Shown: positions 62,211-62,519 of the stretch, one piece after another
Layout: every line of letters starts with the position of its first letter
How positions within the stretch are numbered: the stretch's first letter is position 1
Source: Patescibacteria group bacterium
Lineage (GTDB): Bacteria; Patescibacteriota; Patescibacteriia; UBA10025; JAHIVO01
DNA length: 62,519 nt
Reading direction: 5' to 3'
Assembly (NCBI GenBank): GCA_022560375.1
Contig: JADFTK010000001.1
Coordinates: 1-62,519 of the forward strand
Position numbers and translations under genes: made by a program
Notes under the pieces: generated by a model
Databases searched by the model: none
What the model saw: only the letters and a program-made list of their open reading frames with translations
Told to the model about the DNA's origin: nothing

Positions 62211-62519
62211 AGTGGTTGTGAAAAATCAAAAGATGTAAAACCCAAGAAAATAGAACTCACAGGAGTCCAATCCGACAGGAACACCATCGGTAAAATAAGG
62301 GTGGGTCTCGAGACTTATGCTGCAAGCCAGATTGTAACCGTAGGTACGAAAACATATCCAACGCCGGATAAGTTGCTGGACTTCGAGATACTCGGTTCTG
62401 TTGCATTAGACTGGAGCTACACCCCGGGTACTGCAGCTACCGGTATTAGTAACGCGGGCACAATTACATCCGGTCGCACCGATAGCACCATTACCTGGAA
62501 GTACTGGCTAAAATCAGCC
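62211..62519 (+). CDS. partial ORF running off the window, beta-rich T/G/S protein (adhesin or virion-fibre-like?). Start unresolved.
   Basis: This frame is open from 62211 to the window end (...TGVQSDRNTIGKIRVGLETYAASQIVTVGTKTYPTPDKLLDFEILGSVALDWSYTPGTAATGISNAGTITSGRTDSTITWKYW...). The first canonical start is GTG 62301. G+C is visibly higher than in the preceding ORF. Confidence 0.3.

Noticed and set aside
1-62519. Searched by eye for tRNA/rRNA genes (T-loop GGTTCGAATCC-like strings, long non-coding GC-rich stretches) and for CRISPR-like regularly spaced repeats.
   Set aside because: No convincing T-loop/acceptor combination, no rRNA-sized non-coding stretch and no spaced repeat array. The largest non-coding gaps are under 300 nt. 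tRNAscan-SE, Infernal and a CRISPR finder should still be run.
1-62519. Alternative genetic code (UGA as Gly, as in some CPR lineages).
   Set aside because: Conserved genes end at TGA in the expected places (for example 31019, 44309, 869). Long housekeeping ORFs are intact under the standard code.

Overview
AT-rich, very gene-dense window read with the standard bacterial code: TAA, TAG and TGA all act as stops. About 48 kb (9.3-57.1 kb) is one uninterrupted block of plus-strand genes, many with 1-30 nt overlaps. The content and style suggest a reduced genome of the Patescibacteria/CPR type. This placement is an inference from gene content, not a database result.

Gene content in order:
- secA 3' end, small membrane and secreted proteins, an FMN reductase and a CPA2 antiporter.
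- An FG-GAP/L,D-transpeptidase fusion, an orphan RND pump (minus strand), MscS and a decayed TreT-like glycosyltransferase.
- A PQQ-type sugar dehydrogenase and secD-secF.
- A four-gene operon: sigma-region-4/HARE-HTH protein, 2-TM protein, soluble VirD4/TraD-like ATPase, dual-specificity phosphatase.
- A short OLD-family nuclease overlapping mnmA, then alaS.
- The infA-rpmJ-rpsM-rpsK-rpsD-rpoA-rplQ-rplM-rpsI cluster. It runs without a terminator into a Wzx/Wzy-type glycan locus (flippase, five glycosyltransferases, O-antigen-ligase-like protein, DUF4012-like protein) that contains a second mreB paralog.
- holB, a BNR-repeat lipoprotein, frr, rseP, proS, mreBCD-mrdA, greA, lysS, an HD protein, serS, alr, a zinc-ribbon miniprotein, ddl, ftsQ and a RecB/Cas4-like nuclease.
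- hup (minus strand), then a compositionally mosaic region (57.5 kb to the end) with accessory ORFs next to a Xer-family tyrosine recombinase.

I found no tRNA, rRNA or CRISPR array.

Most interesting observations:
1. SecD carries a parvulin PPIase domain inserted in its periplasmic head, apparently circularly permuted.
2. RpoA has no alpha-CTD and instead ends in an acidic/lysine-rich tail with a canonical RGRP AT-hook.
3. A 3.4-kb accessory segment is bracketed by a 17/18-identical 18-nt direct repeat beside the recombinase gene. It sits at the point where coding-strand polarity switches, so it may be an IMEX or att-flanked island.
4. The split VirD4-like ATPase operon.
5. An MreB paralog translationally coupled into the glycan locus.

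All functional calls come from motif recognition by eye and need HMM or structure confirmation.
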